Shown one piece after another: positions 30,266 to 44,076 of a DNA stretch of 64,000 nt. Under the pieces are notes generated by a model. The model was not told the DNA's origin, searched no databases, and saw nothing but the letters and a program-made list of their open reading frames with translations. Location: positions 1,379,124-1,443,123 of the forward strand of contig JAWQFM010000006.1 in NCBI GenBank assembly GCA_033442325.1. Direction: 5' to 3'. The first letter of the stretch is position 1; each line of letters begins with the position of its first letter. This DNA comes from Salpingoeca rosetta. Lineage: Eukaryota > Protista > Choanoflagellata. A program made the translations under genes and the position numbers.

Positions 30266-31079
30266 TGACATGGCAATGCATTTTTGGTGCAACGGAGATG
30301 AATGCGTACCCGCACACATCCGTTGTTCACTCTGCTCTCCGTTCACGTCACACGCATGCGTGTGTATCAATATTGGTACACTGCAGGCTGCCTTCCGCCC
30401 CGTTGTGACGGACGACGACCTGCGGGAGATGAAGGTCCCTGCTGCGCTGCTGCCACTGCCGCCGGGACCAGGCGTGCTCAGGAAGGACATCGAGTTGCAA
30501 GACGCGTTCGCAGCATCACGGGTTCGTGCACACACGCACACACTCGCACATGTATATATGGTGGTGCGTTGTCGTGCGTCCATGTGTTTCTGGTTCGTGG
30601 TCGTGTTTTGTTCTCCGCCCTGCTCACAATCCGTTTGTGAATGCACGTGTGTCCATTGCAGGTCACATTGCAGTTCTTGGCACTGGAGTGGTTGCTACCT
30701 GACCATACGCGTCAGCACCTGCCTGGCGTACTTCCAAGGTGAGCTGCTTCGCTTGAGTCTTCAACAATAACACGGACGTCATAAAAGCCATTCATTTCCA
30801 CCTTCACACACTTCGCCTGCTTTCTTTCTTCTTTTCTTGTGTTGACTGTTCATATTTCTCCACCAACTTACACGCACACTCACACACTCACACACTCACT
30901 CATGCGCGCGCATGTGTGCAGGCACCCAGCCCAGAGCATCGCTGTGTCGTTCAAACTGCACAAACTGCCTACATTTGTGTCCATGCCGCTGCGATTTTCG
31001 ACAGCTTCGTCGGCCCCGGGAATGACGCGCACTGAGGACACACGCACGGCGGGCGTGCTGTTCGCCGTGGAGGTGCGCC

Positions 31080-31121
<42 letters not shown>

Positions 31122-32124
31122 GAGAATTTGATGACAGGAAGGAGAAGGGAGAAGCTTACTGCTATCGGCCATTGCGCGCTCATATCACCTTCGATCCCTT
31201 TCCTCCCTTCAACCACCGCCCTCACCATGTACACTGTAACTCCACCGCCCCCCCCCCTTTACAACACCAGGGAAACAACGCGCTTGCGTCGTCGCCCGGG
31301 CTGTTGGCGGCGTTCTCACTCGATCCTGCACAGCTCGGCGTGTCACAAGAACAGCTGCTGGAGTACTCTGGTGACGCGGTATGTCGTGAGGCGGCGACGA
31401 CGGGGGATGTGAATGAAAGGGCAAGAGGGGTGCTGGTGTGTGTGTGTGTGTGTTTGTTTTGGGGTAGCGTACTTGTTGCTTAACTCGGATAGCATGTTTG
31501 AGAGCAAGCAGCAGCACTCACTTCCAACATCCGTCTTACTCCACCCGTGCCCACACACACACACACACACACACACACTCTCTCTCTCTCTCAAACACAC
31601 ACACACACACACGCATGCAGGCGCTTGAGATCCATGTTGTTGATGCGGACTCGTTGATGCCAGTTGGCGTTGCATCCATGAAGCTCTCGTGTTTCCTGCG
31701 CGGAGGTGAGGGAACAACATGAATGTGATCGCGTGTGGTGTGTATTGCAAGATGCGTGCGGCGAGTGGCGCCCTGTTGCCTCGTCAACACTATCAAACCC
31801 ACTCGAATCCATCCTCGCTACTTGTGCTCACACCACACACGCTCGTTCACGCCTCCACTGTCTAATTCTCTGTTATCCCCAATGATCACCACCACCATCA
31901 CCCAAATCACCACCACCACCACCATCACTGCTCCACGACCACCACCACCACCACCACCACCACCACCACCACCACGACGACGACGACGACGACGACCACC
32001 ACCACCACCACGACGCACCATCAGGGTATCGCGGTGTTCAGTCGAGTCTTGAGCTCGATGTTGTCAACACACACGCGGATCCAGACCGCATCAACTTTGC
32101 ACACCCCAGGTGAACAAACGCACG

Positions 32125-32203
<79 letters not shown>

Positions 32204-32876
32204 GGGCTACTACTCGCTCCTCCCCTGCGCCCAAGCGCATTCTCTGCCTCACGCACTTGCTTCACTGTCATGTTGAACATGACACATCCACCCGCACGCG
32301 GTTCTGGACAACAGGGCACGAACAGCCGCTGTGTCGGCGCCACAGACGGTTGCAAAGCTGTGTGTACGTGTGTCCAGCATCGGCCAAACATCGCGCCCGC
32401 CGCCAAATGTGAACCGTCTCCTCATCCCAAAGGCCGCCCTTCCAGATAGCGCAGTGAGTAATGAAGATGGAGAGAAGCGTCGCGTGTGTGTGTGTGCGCG
32501 CGCATGTGTGCGTGCGTGTGTGTGTGTGTGTAGCTGTGTGTGTGTGTGTGTAGCTGTGTGTGTGTGTGTGTGTAGCTGTGTGTGTGTGTGTAGCTGTGTG
32601 TAGCTGTGTGTGTGTGTGTGTACTTGTGCAGGTGCGGAGTGTTGGTTTCACGCCATACAAACCAATATGCGACGTCCTCACCCACCCACCTCACTCAAAT
32701 ATCTGGACCGCCCATCAGCTGATCAACCCGATGTCAGGCCAGACGTCGCACCACCGCGCCCAGCCGGCTGCCAAACTCATCGCTGACGACCCGCGAGCAC
32801 GCGCCGTCCTCCACAGTACGCGCTGCAGTGCTCTTTGTACGTGTCCTCTTGCGTGTTGTGGATGGTGTGGCGTGTG

Positions 32877-32915
<39 letters not shown>

Positions 32916-33990
32916 GCAGGCTCTTTGTTTCCCCATGCGAGTGTTTGAAGAGTGTACGTGATACAACAAGCATGGTGTCCTCTGCTTACCTTCAGCTGTG
33001 TGTGTATGTGTGTATGTGTGTGTTTGTGTTGTTTTGTTTGCAGGGGAAGTCAGTGATCCCGAGCAGGAACGAAAAGCCGCCCGTCTCCGCGCCATTCGCG
33101 CAAAGCGGCGCGATCTCTTCAACGGTACTCCACTTGACACAGCTACACACACACACACACACACAGCTCTCCACACACACGCGCGCAGAGCTATAGACAC
33201 ACACACACACACACATACACCTGCACGCGCACACACACACGCGCGCGCGCACGTGCTTGTCCAGTTCTCACTCATGCTTATTGGCACCGTCGTCGTTGAC
33301 AGACCAAAACACACCGGGTGTTTCTGGGAGCGCCAAGCCCCAGCCAACACAGGTGCGCATGTTTGCACTGCGGTGCTGTGCTATGGACAAACCAGCAGCC
33401 CTTGAGTCCACTTGGACAACAGACACACACGCACACGCACACACACACACACACACCTCATCTCACACCTCATCTCATTCAATGCCCCGTGTGCACGTGT
33501 TTACCGTTTTCTTACCTTCCCCCCTCCCCCGCCCGTAATTATCAGGTGCCCCTGCCGCTGCGTTCGCCGGCTGTGAATGTCCGCGATAGCAGCGATCTCC
33601 TGGCCCTGAACGAATACAGGTGCGACCAGACTGTGCTCGTGTGCTCGTGTGCTCATGTACTGTTTGCGTGGGCATGTGCTGTGCAAACATGTTGTGCAAT
33701 GTGGCTTACCCGTGCACTTGTTGCCTGTCGCCCTACAGATTACGGCAGAAGCGTGCTGTCATCCAACATGCGCTGGAGCGGTCCCTTCGCACATCCGTGG
33801 ACATTTTCGCCGCTTATGGCTCCAAAGTGTACATGGAGGTGCGAATGCAATCGTCGCGTGTATTCGCTGCGTCCTGTGTCTTCTCTGTCCTTGCACAATG
33901 CGCATTGCTGTGCACAAACACACACACACACACACCCGCACACACGCACACACAGACACACACACACACGTTCCCGCACACACACACACT

Positions 33991-34051
<61 letters not shown>

Positions 34052-34502
34052 TTCCCCACACACACACTCCCACACACACTCCCACACACACATACACACA
34101 TTATACACGGCCGCTGACGGCATGTTTGGTTGTTGTTCCTCGACTTGTCAGGTGGTTGCATGTCTCGGGAGCTCACTGAACCCAAGTCACATCAGCTGTT
34201 ACGCCCACAGCGATGTCAGCATCGCCATCGACCCAGAGCGGACGTTTGCGTGCACGNNNNNNNNNNNNNNNNNNNNNNNNNNNNNNNNNNNNNNNNNNNN
34301 NNNNNNNNNNNNNNNNNNNNNNNNNNNNNNNNNNNNNNNNNNNNNNNNNNNNNNNNGCTCCGTGTCTAGGCTTACAGAACCCCCAATATACTGCGGGAGT
34401 GCCGCAAAGGTAAACTCGGTCTATTCAGGACTTAGACCAGCGGATTACAGTCAGTATTAGACATGATTACTATGTCGCCGGAGTGTTAGTCCCACACACA
34501 CA

Positions 34503-34572
<70 letters not shown>

Positions 34573-35690
34573 CTCTGAGCTGCTGGGTGCTCACATATGG
34601 CCTCACCGATTTGGCAAACATCCCCCCCCCCCGCTCTCTCCCAATTCCGTTCTGGTGATCAGTATCGCATCCAAAACCCAAGCCACGATCAGTGTCTACG
34701 CGTGCTTGTGCAATCGTCATCGCAGCACCTGCAAGCCGTCACAAACCACCACGTCCGTCAATGCACATGCACAGGCGTGCACATGCTCGTGAACGAGACG
34801 CGTCGGTGTTGCATTCGTTTGCATACATATGCGCATGCGCCTTCCCCCAACATGCACATGTGCTCGTACACTCTTGGCAACACTCGCGCGTGCACTCGTC
34901 CATTCACGTGAACACATGCGTGTTCATCTCGGTTTCACACTGCCAACCAACGCAACAACACACCGTCTGTGCCTGCAATGCTGGTTGCTTCTATGTTGCA
35001 GGAGTGGAAGGCGCTGCTGCAGTCGCGCGGGCTTGACCGGCCCGTCGAACCAAACATGTTCAACCCAACACGTGATGGCCCACTGGTCATGCTGCGGCCT
35101 CTGGAGGAACTCGTCGTGCCCTTGAAATATTCGCTCCCGCACACGGCGCTGCCACCTGTGACCCTTCGTGGCCCTTCCTCACATCAGGTGCCAGCAAGCA
35201 CCCGGCACACCCCTCCCATCCACGAAAAGGTGACACAACTACGCCCCTCAACTGCCCATCGCTTGTCTGTTTTGCAGCTGACAAATGCTGGTCTGCTGTG
35301 TTGTGCGCTCCGCTTTCTGTTTGCCCTGCTTCACTTGACGAGAGCCCATCGTGTTTGAATGTGTGCGGACTGCTTATTTGTGTGTCACCACACCACGTGC
35401 CCCCCTCCTCTTGTTTGCCTCTGCTGCGCATATGTGTGTTTGTGCCTCGACAGCTCAAATTCGAGTCTTTGGACGGCGTTGATTTTGGATCAGCGGATGT
35501 CGTGGTGCACCCACAGGTGAGATGCCGCTTGCGTGTGTGTGTGCTTGTGTGCGTGTGTGAGTGTGTGCGTATGTGTATGTGTGCGTATGTGCATGCGTGT
35601 GTGTGCGTGTGTACATGTGCGTGCGCGCGCGCGCGCGTGTGTGTGTGTCTGTCTCTGCTTGTGCAAATGTGTATTCCTCATGCAATGTGT

Positions 35691-35749
<59 letters not shown>

Positions 35750-37249
35750 ACAGGAGCCTGCGGTTGATCATCACATCGACCTGTACAGCGCCCAATCCAC
35801 CATTTTCCGCCACCGCCTTCGTCTTCCTCCCCATCTCGCCGAGTCAGTGCTCTTTGCGCTTTTGAAACCAAGCGTGCAGTGTGTGCGTGTGGGCGTGCTT
35901 GTAGGCAACTGTGGGGACGTGAATTCATGAGCAGATGCATCGCCTCACAATCTGGGCATCACACACACACACGCACGCATGCACGCACACGCACTTCCAA
36001 ACGCTTGTATTACAGGGTAACGGGGGTGCTGTGCAGTGACCCGGATGTGCTCGTGCACCTTGATCACCAGGACGGTGTCAACGACATTGTTCTCAAGTGA
36101 GCTTGCTGTGGTCGTTGTGCACGTTTGTTGCACGGGAATCGCGACAGCTTGGGGATATTGAATGGTAGAGGAGGAGTTGGGTTCAATGCTTAGATATCTC
36201 AACCCTGCCGCACACGCTCACACACACACACTCTCTCTCTCTCATGTGCAGGTGCTCGAGCGGCGCGTCCCCGGATGTGTCGGTGTTTCTTCTTCTCCTC
36301 TACACAGACGACTTCTTCGTGTCGCCGTTTATGACGTGGCGCGTCGCTGTGCATGCCGTCGACTCGTACACCATGGTTCGCAACTGCGTGCTTTGCTGTG
36401 TGTGTGCGGATGTGGTTGTGCGAATGAGGTTGTGCGTTTGGTATCTGGTGCGAGGCTTCCATTGTATTTGTGCTTGCGTCTACAAACGCGCGCGAATCCC
36501 GCCAGCTGCTGGCCTCATGTTGCATGTGATGGTTCACTTGAGCAGACTGTGCATCTTGGGGAGGTGGCCACGTCCACCCTTACGTTTCGCCCAAGCCAGC
36601 CCATCTCGCACGCACGCGTCTTCTCCGCAAACGAGTCCGAACTCGAGGTTTGTATGTGCTTGTATGTGTGCGTGTGTGTTTGCATGTTGTGTGTCTGTGA
36701 TTGTGTGTTTGTGTGTGTGTGTGTGTGCGTGCGTGTTAACATGTGCGTGTTAACATGTGCGTGTTAACATGTGCGTGTGCTCGCATGACGCGCCAAGACA
36801 CTGCATGATCAGGAAGTCCTCATGTTGCATTGCTGATTTGCCACGTCAGGTGCTGCCAAAGACACAGTTCTCATTAGCCGGGAACGCTCTGGCTGAGATT
36901 GGCATGCGTGCGCATCCAACGGCCATTGGCTCTTCAAAGTTAGTGAACACCCATCTTTGTGCCCCCCCCCAACTCTGCTTACGACGTATTGCATTTGCTC
37001 ATGTCTTTGCTTTGTCATGATGGCATGCTCACCACCACCCCCCCCCCACACACACACACACGCACCTCAGACACCTTGTGCATGTGGTTGACACGGAGTT
37101 CAAACGGATCGTCTATTCATATCAAGTCGTCCTCGATGTGCAACCACCACCAGTGTCCAAGGTATGCACGTGTTGTGGTCGCGTACGTGTGCGCGTATTG
37201 TTTTTTTTTTTTTTTGTCTCCTTCCCCAGTGTCGCCGGTCCGCCCTGTC

Positions 37250-37290
<41 letters not shown>

Positions 37291-37692
37291 ATACACAACG
37301 TGCACGACTGTCTTTGTGTTTTCACGATACGGCCATCACACCCCAACTGCCTCCACGGCGGCCATAACTGTCACCACCACCACCACCACCACCAGACGTT
37401 TGAGATTGTGCTGGAAGGCGCACATGAGCACGTGAACAAACGGATTGGCTACACGAACCGGTTCAAGCGGCCTGTGGAGATTTCCTTGTACACATCCCAT
37501 CCACAGCGCATCCAGTTCAAGCATCACCGGTTTGTGTTGCAGCCGGAAGAGAAGACGTACATTGGCATTCGCGCCCACGCGTCACAGACGCACCTTGAGG
37601 AAGAGGCCTTTGTTCTGCTTGTTGACCAGCAAATGCGACTGCACGACTCGTTCAAGCTTCGCCTCATCACCATCGCCCCACACCAGCAATGA
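25032..37692 (+). CDS. NPHP4: Nephrocystin-4, ciliary transition-zone protein; multi-exon, spans two assembly gaps
   Basis: N-terminal [53 protein letters not shown] and KQRFLN|VGVHNGL. C-terminal [49 protein letters not shown] and [34 protein letters not shown]. These match recalled NPHP4 motifs in the correct order. Confidence 0.92.
29423..29607. other. Assembly gap (N) following a (CT)n tract
   Basis: Run of N inside the NPHP4 locus. Confidence 1.
34257..34356. other. Assembly gap (100 N) with low-quality flanks
   Basis: Run of N inside the NPHP4 intron 33839-34662. The flanks look like garbled copies of neighbouring sequence. Confidence 1.
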
Positions 37693-37929
37693 CCAGCAAG
37701 TCCTTGGCTTGCGCCATGCGCTGTCTCGTGTTGAGTGGTGAAGACGCGGCAGTGACACGACATGAAGTGAAGTACGACTTGTTGTGGGCGTGGTCTTGTG
37801 TGAACGATGATTAGCCGAAGATGTACATTAAATTTCAAGCCTACCGCAATCTTGTTGTGGTTGTGCGCGTTTGCTTGAAGAATCACACAACACCGGAAGA
37901 GATTCCGTGTTGCCCCCCCCCCCCTCACA

Positions 37930-37986
<57 letters not shown>

Positions 37987-38011
37987 CAACACAACACCCA
38001 CAACGGAGAAG

Positions 38012-38543
38012 ATGGGGTGCAAACAGAGCAAGCCTGTCATGGAAGACGTCAGGCAGCAAAGGCAGCATGGCCAAATGCCAATGTCACCAGCAAAGCAGAA
38101 CAGTGGTGGGAATCAGGAGAACCCAACAGCCACAACAGCCACAACAGCCACAACAGCCCCACAAGCCCAGCAACAAAGCAGCGACTCGTCATCGTTGTGG
38201 GAAGATGCGCGGTTCGATCGCGACCAATGGCAGCAGCGCTTGGACGATGCTGCGCGTGCCAAGCTGGATCCCTGTGAGCGACCAGGTGAGACACTGAAGC
38301 GTGTTTTGGAAGGCGACGCACTTCCCGACAGCGAGATCCAGGCGCTGGGCACGCGACAGCCGGCCATCCGCCTGTTTCTCTCCTCCACCTTCACTGACAC
38401 GGAGGTGGAGCGCAACGTCTTGATCGAGGACGTGTATCCGTACCTCAAGTCCCTCGGACAACGCCTGCGTGTGCAAGTTTACCAGTCCTCCGAGATGCGC
38501 TGGGGCATCCGTTCTGAGGCCTCTGCCGCCCACGAAACCAGCG

Positions 38544-38594
<51 letters not shown>

Positions 38595-41500
38595 CGCGTG
38601 TGTGTGTGTGTGTCTGTGTGTGTGTGTGTGTGCGTGCGTGTGTGTGTGTGAATGAGTGTGTGTGTGAGGTGGTTGCAGCTTGCAATCCGATAATCCCTTC
38701 CCACTCTCAATCTGAGCTTCAACGCGCACACTGACCACCCCACATCCCTCCCCCTCCCACACTCACTCGTTTCATAGATCTGCATGCGGGAGATCAAGAG
38801 GTGCCAGCAAGAATCGAGCGGCATCAGCTATGTGCTCATCCTTGGCAACAAGTATGGCTTCCGCCCCTTTCCCGCCAAGATCCCCGAGGAGGAGTTCAAG
38901 CTGCTGAAGGACGAGATGGCCAAACAAGCCAAGCAAGCCAAGCAAACTGCCTCCGCTGTGACCTCAGCTGCACTCAACAAGGCCATGGAGTACATGGACG
39001 AGTGGTTCGTCCTGAATGAGAACGTCGTGCCGCCGACCCGCGAGCTCAAGCCCGTGAAGAAGGAGCACTCTGATGCGTGGTGGTCCGACATCTTCCCCAC
39101 GCTGCAGATGTGTCTGCGCCAGGCAGCAACCGGTGCTCCTGGGCTGTCTGATGAGCGACGCGCCCTGTACGTGCAGAGCGTGACGGCGGAGGAGATTGAC
39201 AACGGCCTGTTCAAGGTGCAGCCGAAAGAGGCGCGCGACAAGTCGTGCTTCGTCTTCGACCGCCGCCTGGAGGGCATCGACGTTGCGTTGGACCCAGACA
39301 CGGCTAAGCTGTTCATCGACATGGCTGGTGGCGAGGTGGACGAGGAGGCGCAGCAGCTGCTGGAGCGATCGCGTGCAGAAGCGGTGCCGGCTGCGTTGTC
39401 ACCATGTCGCATCAAGACCATGTCCATCCCATGGGGACCAGGCATCGACCTCGCTCACACCGACCACGCAGAGTACATGCGCACCTTCGCCGACGCCTTC
39501 TGCGACACGCTGGCCGCGGACATTGAGCGTGTTGCGCGCGAGCACGCGTTTGAGAGCGACACGGTGGTGGAGGAGGCGGCGGCGCACGCCATGTTCGGCA
39601 ACCTGCGGCGTCGTGGTCGTGTCACAGCAGCCACGCAGCAAGACGCTGATGCTGCCCTGCATACGTGCACAGCGCATCACGAGTGGCAAGAGACGCAGCT
39701 CCGTTTGCCATCTGTGGCCCGTCTGGCAGTGCAAGACCTCGCTAATGGCACACATCGCAGGTGTGCGTATGTGTGTTGTGTGCATGCGAATGTCTCTTGT
39801 TGTGCTTGCCTTCATGCGTGTCCTCATTGTGGGATGCGCTCTGCTTTCCTCTGTTTCATCACATGCTCACACGCACACACGCACACACACACGCCACATA
39901 CGCTCGCGCCATAGGTACCATCAAGGAAGCCCAACCAGCTGCCGTTGTGGTGTCGCGGTTCCTGGGCACGTCGCGGGAGAGCGGCGCTGCCCGCACCCTG
40001 ATGGCAAACGTGTACCGCCACATCCACCGCGCAGTGAAAGGCAAGGAGCCAGCAGCATCACCAGCAGCCGACTTTGAGAAGCTGACCAAGCAGTTCCAGG
40101 CCGCCCTCAAGCTTGGCACGGCTGACAAACCGTTGGTGCTCGTGCTGGACTCGCTTGACCAGCTCTCAGACGAGGACCAGGGCCGCAACCTGGAGTGGCT
40201 GCCGCTCGCATCGCTGCCGCCAAACTGCGCCATCGTCGTCTCCAGTTTGCCGGATGTGGGCGGATGCTGGGAGGTGCTCAAAGCCACGCTGCCAGACATG
40301 AACCAGCAGCACGTGGCCAAGATCAGCAAAGATGACGCAGACGGCATCCTGAGCACGTGGCTGGCCGATGCCAAGCGGTCCCTCACCCCCGCACAGCGCA
40401 GCGTTGTGCTGGGCGCCTACGAGTCCTGCCCCACACCGCTGTACCTCCGCATCTGCACGCAGTTCTTTGCGCTTCGCTGGACCCACGCAGACGCAATTGC
40501 ACCCGACTTCTTCCCCAAGACGGTGGAGGGCTTGATGGAGAAGGTGTTTGATGAGCTGGAGACGCGACACGGCAAGGAAACGGTGCGGGCAGCGCTCGGG
40601 TACCTCTCTGCCTCGCGCGGCGGGCTGAGCGACAATGAGATGGAGGATCTGCTGTCCTGCAACGACACCGTCCTGGACGAGATTTACGAGTGGTGGGTGC
40701 CGCCCGTCCGCCGCGTTCCCCCGCTCATCTGGGCACGCATCGTGTCTGATCTGGAGGGCGCGTTGGTGGAGCGTGGCGCTGAGGGCGGCGTCACTGTCCG
40801 CGCATGGTATCATCGACAGCACCGCGAGGCAGCGGAGCGACGCTACCTTGGCTTCAACTCGCGTAGTGGTGCTGGTGATGACACGGGTGATGATAGCGAC
40901 GGTAACGGTGATGGTGCTGGTGATGGCAACACTGCCACTGCCTCCTCGTCCACCACCACTGCCTCCACTTCCACCACCGCAGCCCAGGCAGTACAGCGGC
41001 ACGGCGAGCTTGCAGACTACTTCAGCGGCAAGTGGGAGCACGGCCGCCACCTGCACGACAAGACGGACGACGCGAGTGCTCTGCGCGATCGCAAAGTGGC
41101 CTCCATGAAGACGGTGCTGGCTGGTCGGCTCGATGACCCGCGCTCCGGTGTTGTGGTCAACGCGCGCAAGGTGGCCGTGCTGCCGTTCCACCTCATGCAT
41201 GCGCAGCGGTGGGAGGAGTGCGCGACAACCCTGTGCGACCTCGAGTTCATTGAGGCCAAGGCAACAGCGGGGATGGTGCACGAGCTGACGGCAGATTTCC
41301 AGACCCTACAGCAGAGCAACGCGCCCGAGAGTTTGCTCAAGACACACGAGGTACCCACGTGGACGCGGTTTGTTGGCGCAAATGCGCACATCTTTGGCGT
41401 CACCCCACACGCCGTTGTGACGCGTGCAACGCTGTACCCTGACCACACGGGCGTCTGCCGGGCTGCGCAAGCCGTGTATGCAACTGCTGGCACGAGGTTA

Positions 41501-43642
41501 CCGCGCGTGCGCCGCTACAACAAGCCACAGCAGCTTGATCCGCGCGTGGCCCTGCTCAAGGGCCTGAGCCGGGTTGTTTCGGCGGTTAGGTTTACGCGCG
41601 ACGGCAAGTGGGTCTTGGCCGGTGGCGAGTCTGGCGAGCTGAGGGCGTGGGAGACGCTGACAGCAACGCCTGTGCTGCGGGTGAAGATGCCTGGGAAATG
41701 GAGGGGCATCTCAAAGATTGTGCAGCTGCCAAGCGGGGTGGTGGTGACGGCGTGCGCCCAGCAGGTGCACCTGTGGGACTTGAGCACGCGCGAGCTTGTG
41801 GAGACAATCGACATGCTGGAGCCGAGCACATACTTCCGCGAGCTGCGTATGACCGATGACGACACCATGGTGGTGGCTGTGTCGACTGCAGAGTCCACGC
41901 CAACCAAGGTGTTCCTGCAGTCGGCTGACGACCTGAAGACGCGCGTGTGGGAGGCGACGTGCAGCGAAAAGCTGTTCTGCGCGCAGGTCCGCAACAACAC
42001 GCTCGTTGCAGGGACGCAGGGCGGAGACATTGTGTGGTTTGAGTTACAAGGCGCCCCAACGACACGAGAGCAGGTTGCAGCCGCCACGGCACCCGTGCAA
42101 GGAACGCTGGTGGAGGTTGCGCGCTACAAACCCGAGCCAGCGGAGGGCAAGAAAGGCTCGGCCATCAAGCGGCTGTGCCTGCTGCCGGACTCACTGGATG
42201 CAGTGGCGATTTCGGGCTCCCACTTCATCAAGGTGAAGGCCGACGGCACTGAGGCGGCCAACACAAAGCTGAGTACGATTCCATTTGGACTCACGCTGAT
42301 GAAGGGCGGGTCCGTGGCAGCGATTGCGCTGTTTGACGAGAGCATGGCGCTGTACGACATTGAGACGATGACGTATCTGCAAGCGATGCGGCCAACCATG
42401 ACCGGGGCGCAGGACACCTCCCCCGACGGCATGCTGGTGGCTTCCGCCGGCACCAACTTCTCCTACGTGTCGGTGTTCAGTGTGGAGCACGTCAACACGG
42501 ACCCCAACGCAACGGATCGTGACCAAGAGCCGCTCTCGTTCTACGCCGCGCCCCGCATTGCGTCGCTTGGTGGAGACGGCGACAGGCGCGCTGTGTTCAC
42601 GGTTGCCGGTGCTTCCACGACCATCGACCTGCTGGACGCAGCGACGATGGAGCAGGTCAAGACGTTTGACGTGTCGGCGGCAACAGAGAAGGTGTCGCTG
42701 CATGACATGAGCGCTGACGGGCGGTTCATTGTGGGTGGGCGGTTCAGGTCCGCGAACATGTTTATTGTGGACACAACGACGGGGGAGGTGCACGCTGACG
42801 TGTTCTCGCACGGCAACAGCACTGACGACCGCGTGTACCGCGTGTTCTTCTCGCCAAACAGCGACATGTGCGTGGTGGCAAACGAGTACGGGTCCATGTG
42901 TGTGGTGGCACTGCCGTCGTGCAAGGTTGTGTTTGGGCATGTGAATGATCGCAAGGCAACAACGCACCACACGCGGGAGGTGTGCGCGGTGGCGTGGCAC
43001 CCGCAGTACCCGGACGTGCGCCAGTTTGCGACGGGCTCTGGTGACAGCTCAGCGCGGCTGTGGCAGCTGTCCGGCAACGCTGACGGGGAGGGCACGCCGG
43101 ACGCGTGCGCGTCCATCAACACGTTTGCCGGCCACGAGTATGACGTGCAGAGCGTGGCGTTTTGCACTCCACCACAGGGAGGCACTGTGCTTGCGACGTG
43201 CGATGAGGAGAGTGGCGTGTGGCTGTGGAAGCTGGATGAGGCGACACCCTACGCGCGCTGCAAGCATGTGCTGGAATACGAGACGTCGGCTGCATCAAGC
43301 CCCATGACCGTGCTGTGGCTGCCAAAGCAGCAGTTGTTGGTGTCCCGCGCTTCGAACCAGAACATCAAGTTCTGGAACCTGTCTGGCGAGCTGGTGCGGA
43401 GTGTGAAGCGGCGCACCAACACGCTGCATCTGCATCCGAGCATGGACTATGTGGTTGGAATCACCTTTGGTGGCTTGCATCTGTTTGATGCCGACACGTT
43501 TGAGGTGGCGTTCCAGTCGTACGGGCATGACCAGTCGCAGGGCGGTGGCTCCTTCCGCATGTCCCCAGATGGACGCTTCTTTGTCTCCAAGTGGGGTGAC
43601 AAGGCCATCCTCACCCATGACTTTTCCAACGTCCCGCTCTGA
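38012..43642 (+). CDS. NWD1/2-like STAND NTPase: DUF4062 + NACHT + WD40 repeats. Exons 38012-38545, 38778-39760, 39915-43642. Frameshifted around Walker A as assembled.
   Basis: DUF4062 motifs IRLFLSSTFTDTEVERNVL..MRWGI..|ICMREIKRCQQES..LILGNKYGFRPFP. NACHT motifs VSRFLGTS, Walker B LVLVLDSLDQL, PLYL, SASRGGLSDNEMEDLLS and WYHRQ. WD40 motifs HTREVCAVAWHP, FATGSGDSSARLWQL and GHEYDVQSVAF. Confidence 0.88.
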
Positions 43643-44076
43643 GCCAGTGGCTGTTGCCATGACATGATGCATGCTGTGTTGGTGTGTGTGTGTGCTTGCG
43701 TGAGTGTGTGTGTGTGCGTGTGTGTTGTGTGCGTGGGTGTGTGTGTGTGTGCGTGTGTGTTGTGTGCGTGCTTGGTGTGTGTGTGTTGTGTGTGTGTTTG
43801 CGTGTGTGTGCGTGTGTGTGCTTGGTGTGTGTGTGTAAGTGTGTGTGTTTGTGCGTGAGTGCGTGTGATGGTTGGCCATTTATTCCTCTCTTCTTTTTTG
43901 TCTCTCTGCCACCTTTGTTCGCTTTCTTGGCTTGATTTTTCGTCGAAGATTTACGATAAACGTCTGCGTGGAAGGACAACGCGCAAAACACCCACCAACC
44001 ACCCACGACCTGTCCTCTTGTTGTCCTCTTGTTGTTGTCCTGCTGATCGATCCAGTCAAATCACAACCAGACAACC

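Noticed and set aside
34100-34495. Compositionally odd sequence flanking the 100-N gap, which could look like an inserted element or extra exon
   Set aside because: 34175-34235 (aacccaagtcacatcagctgttacgc..atcgccatcg) looks like a garbled copy of the real exon at about 34675-34725 (aacccaagccacgatcagtgtctacgc..atcgtcatcg). 34400-34430 loosely mirrors 33820-33865. These are best explained as degraded read ends after a CA tract.
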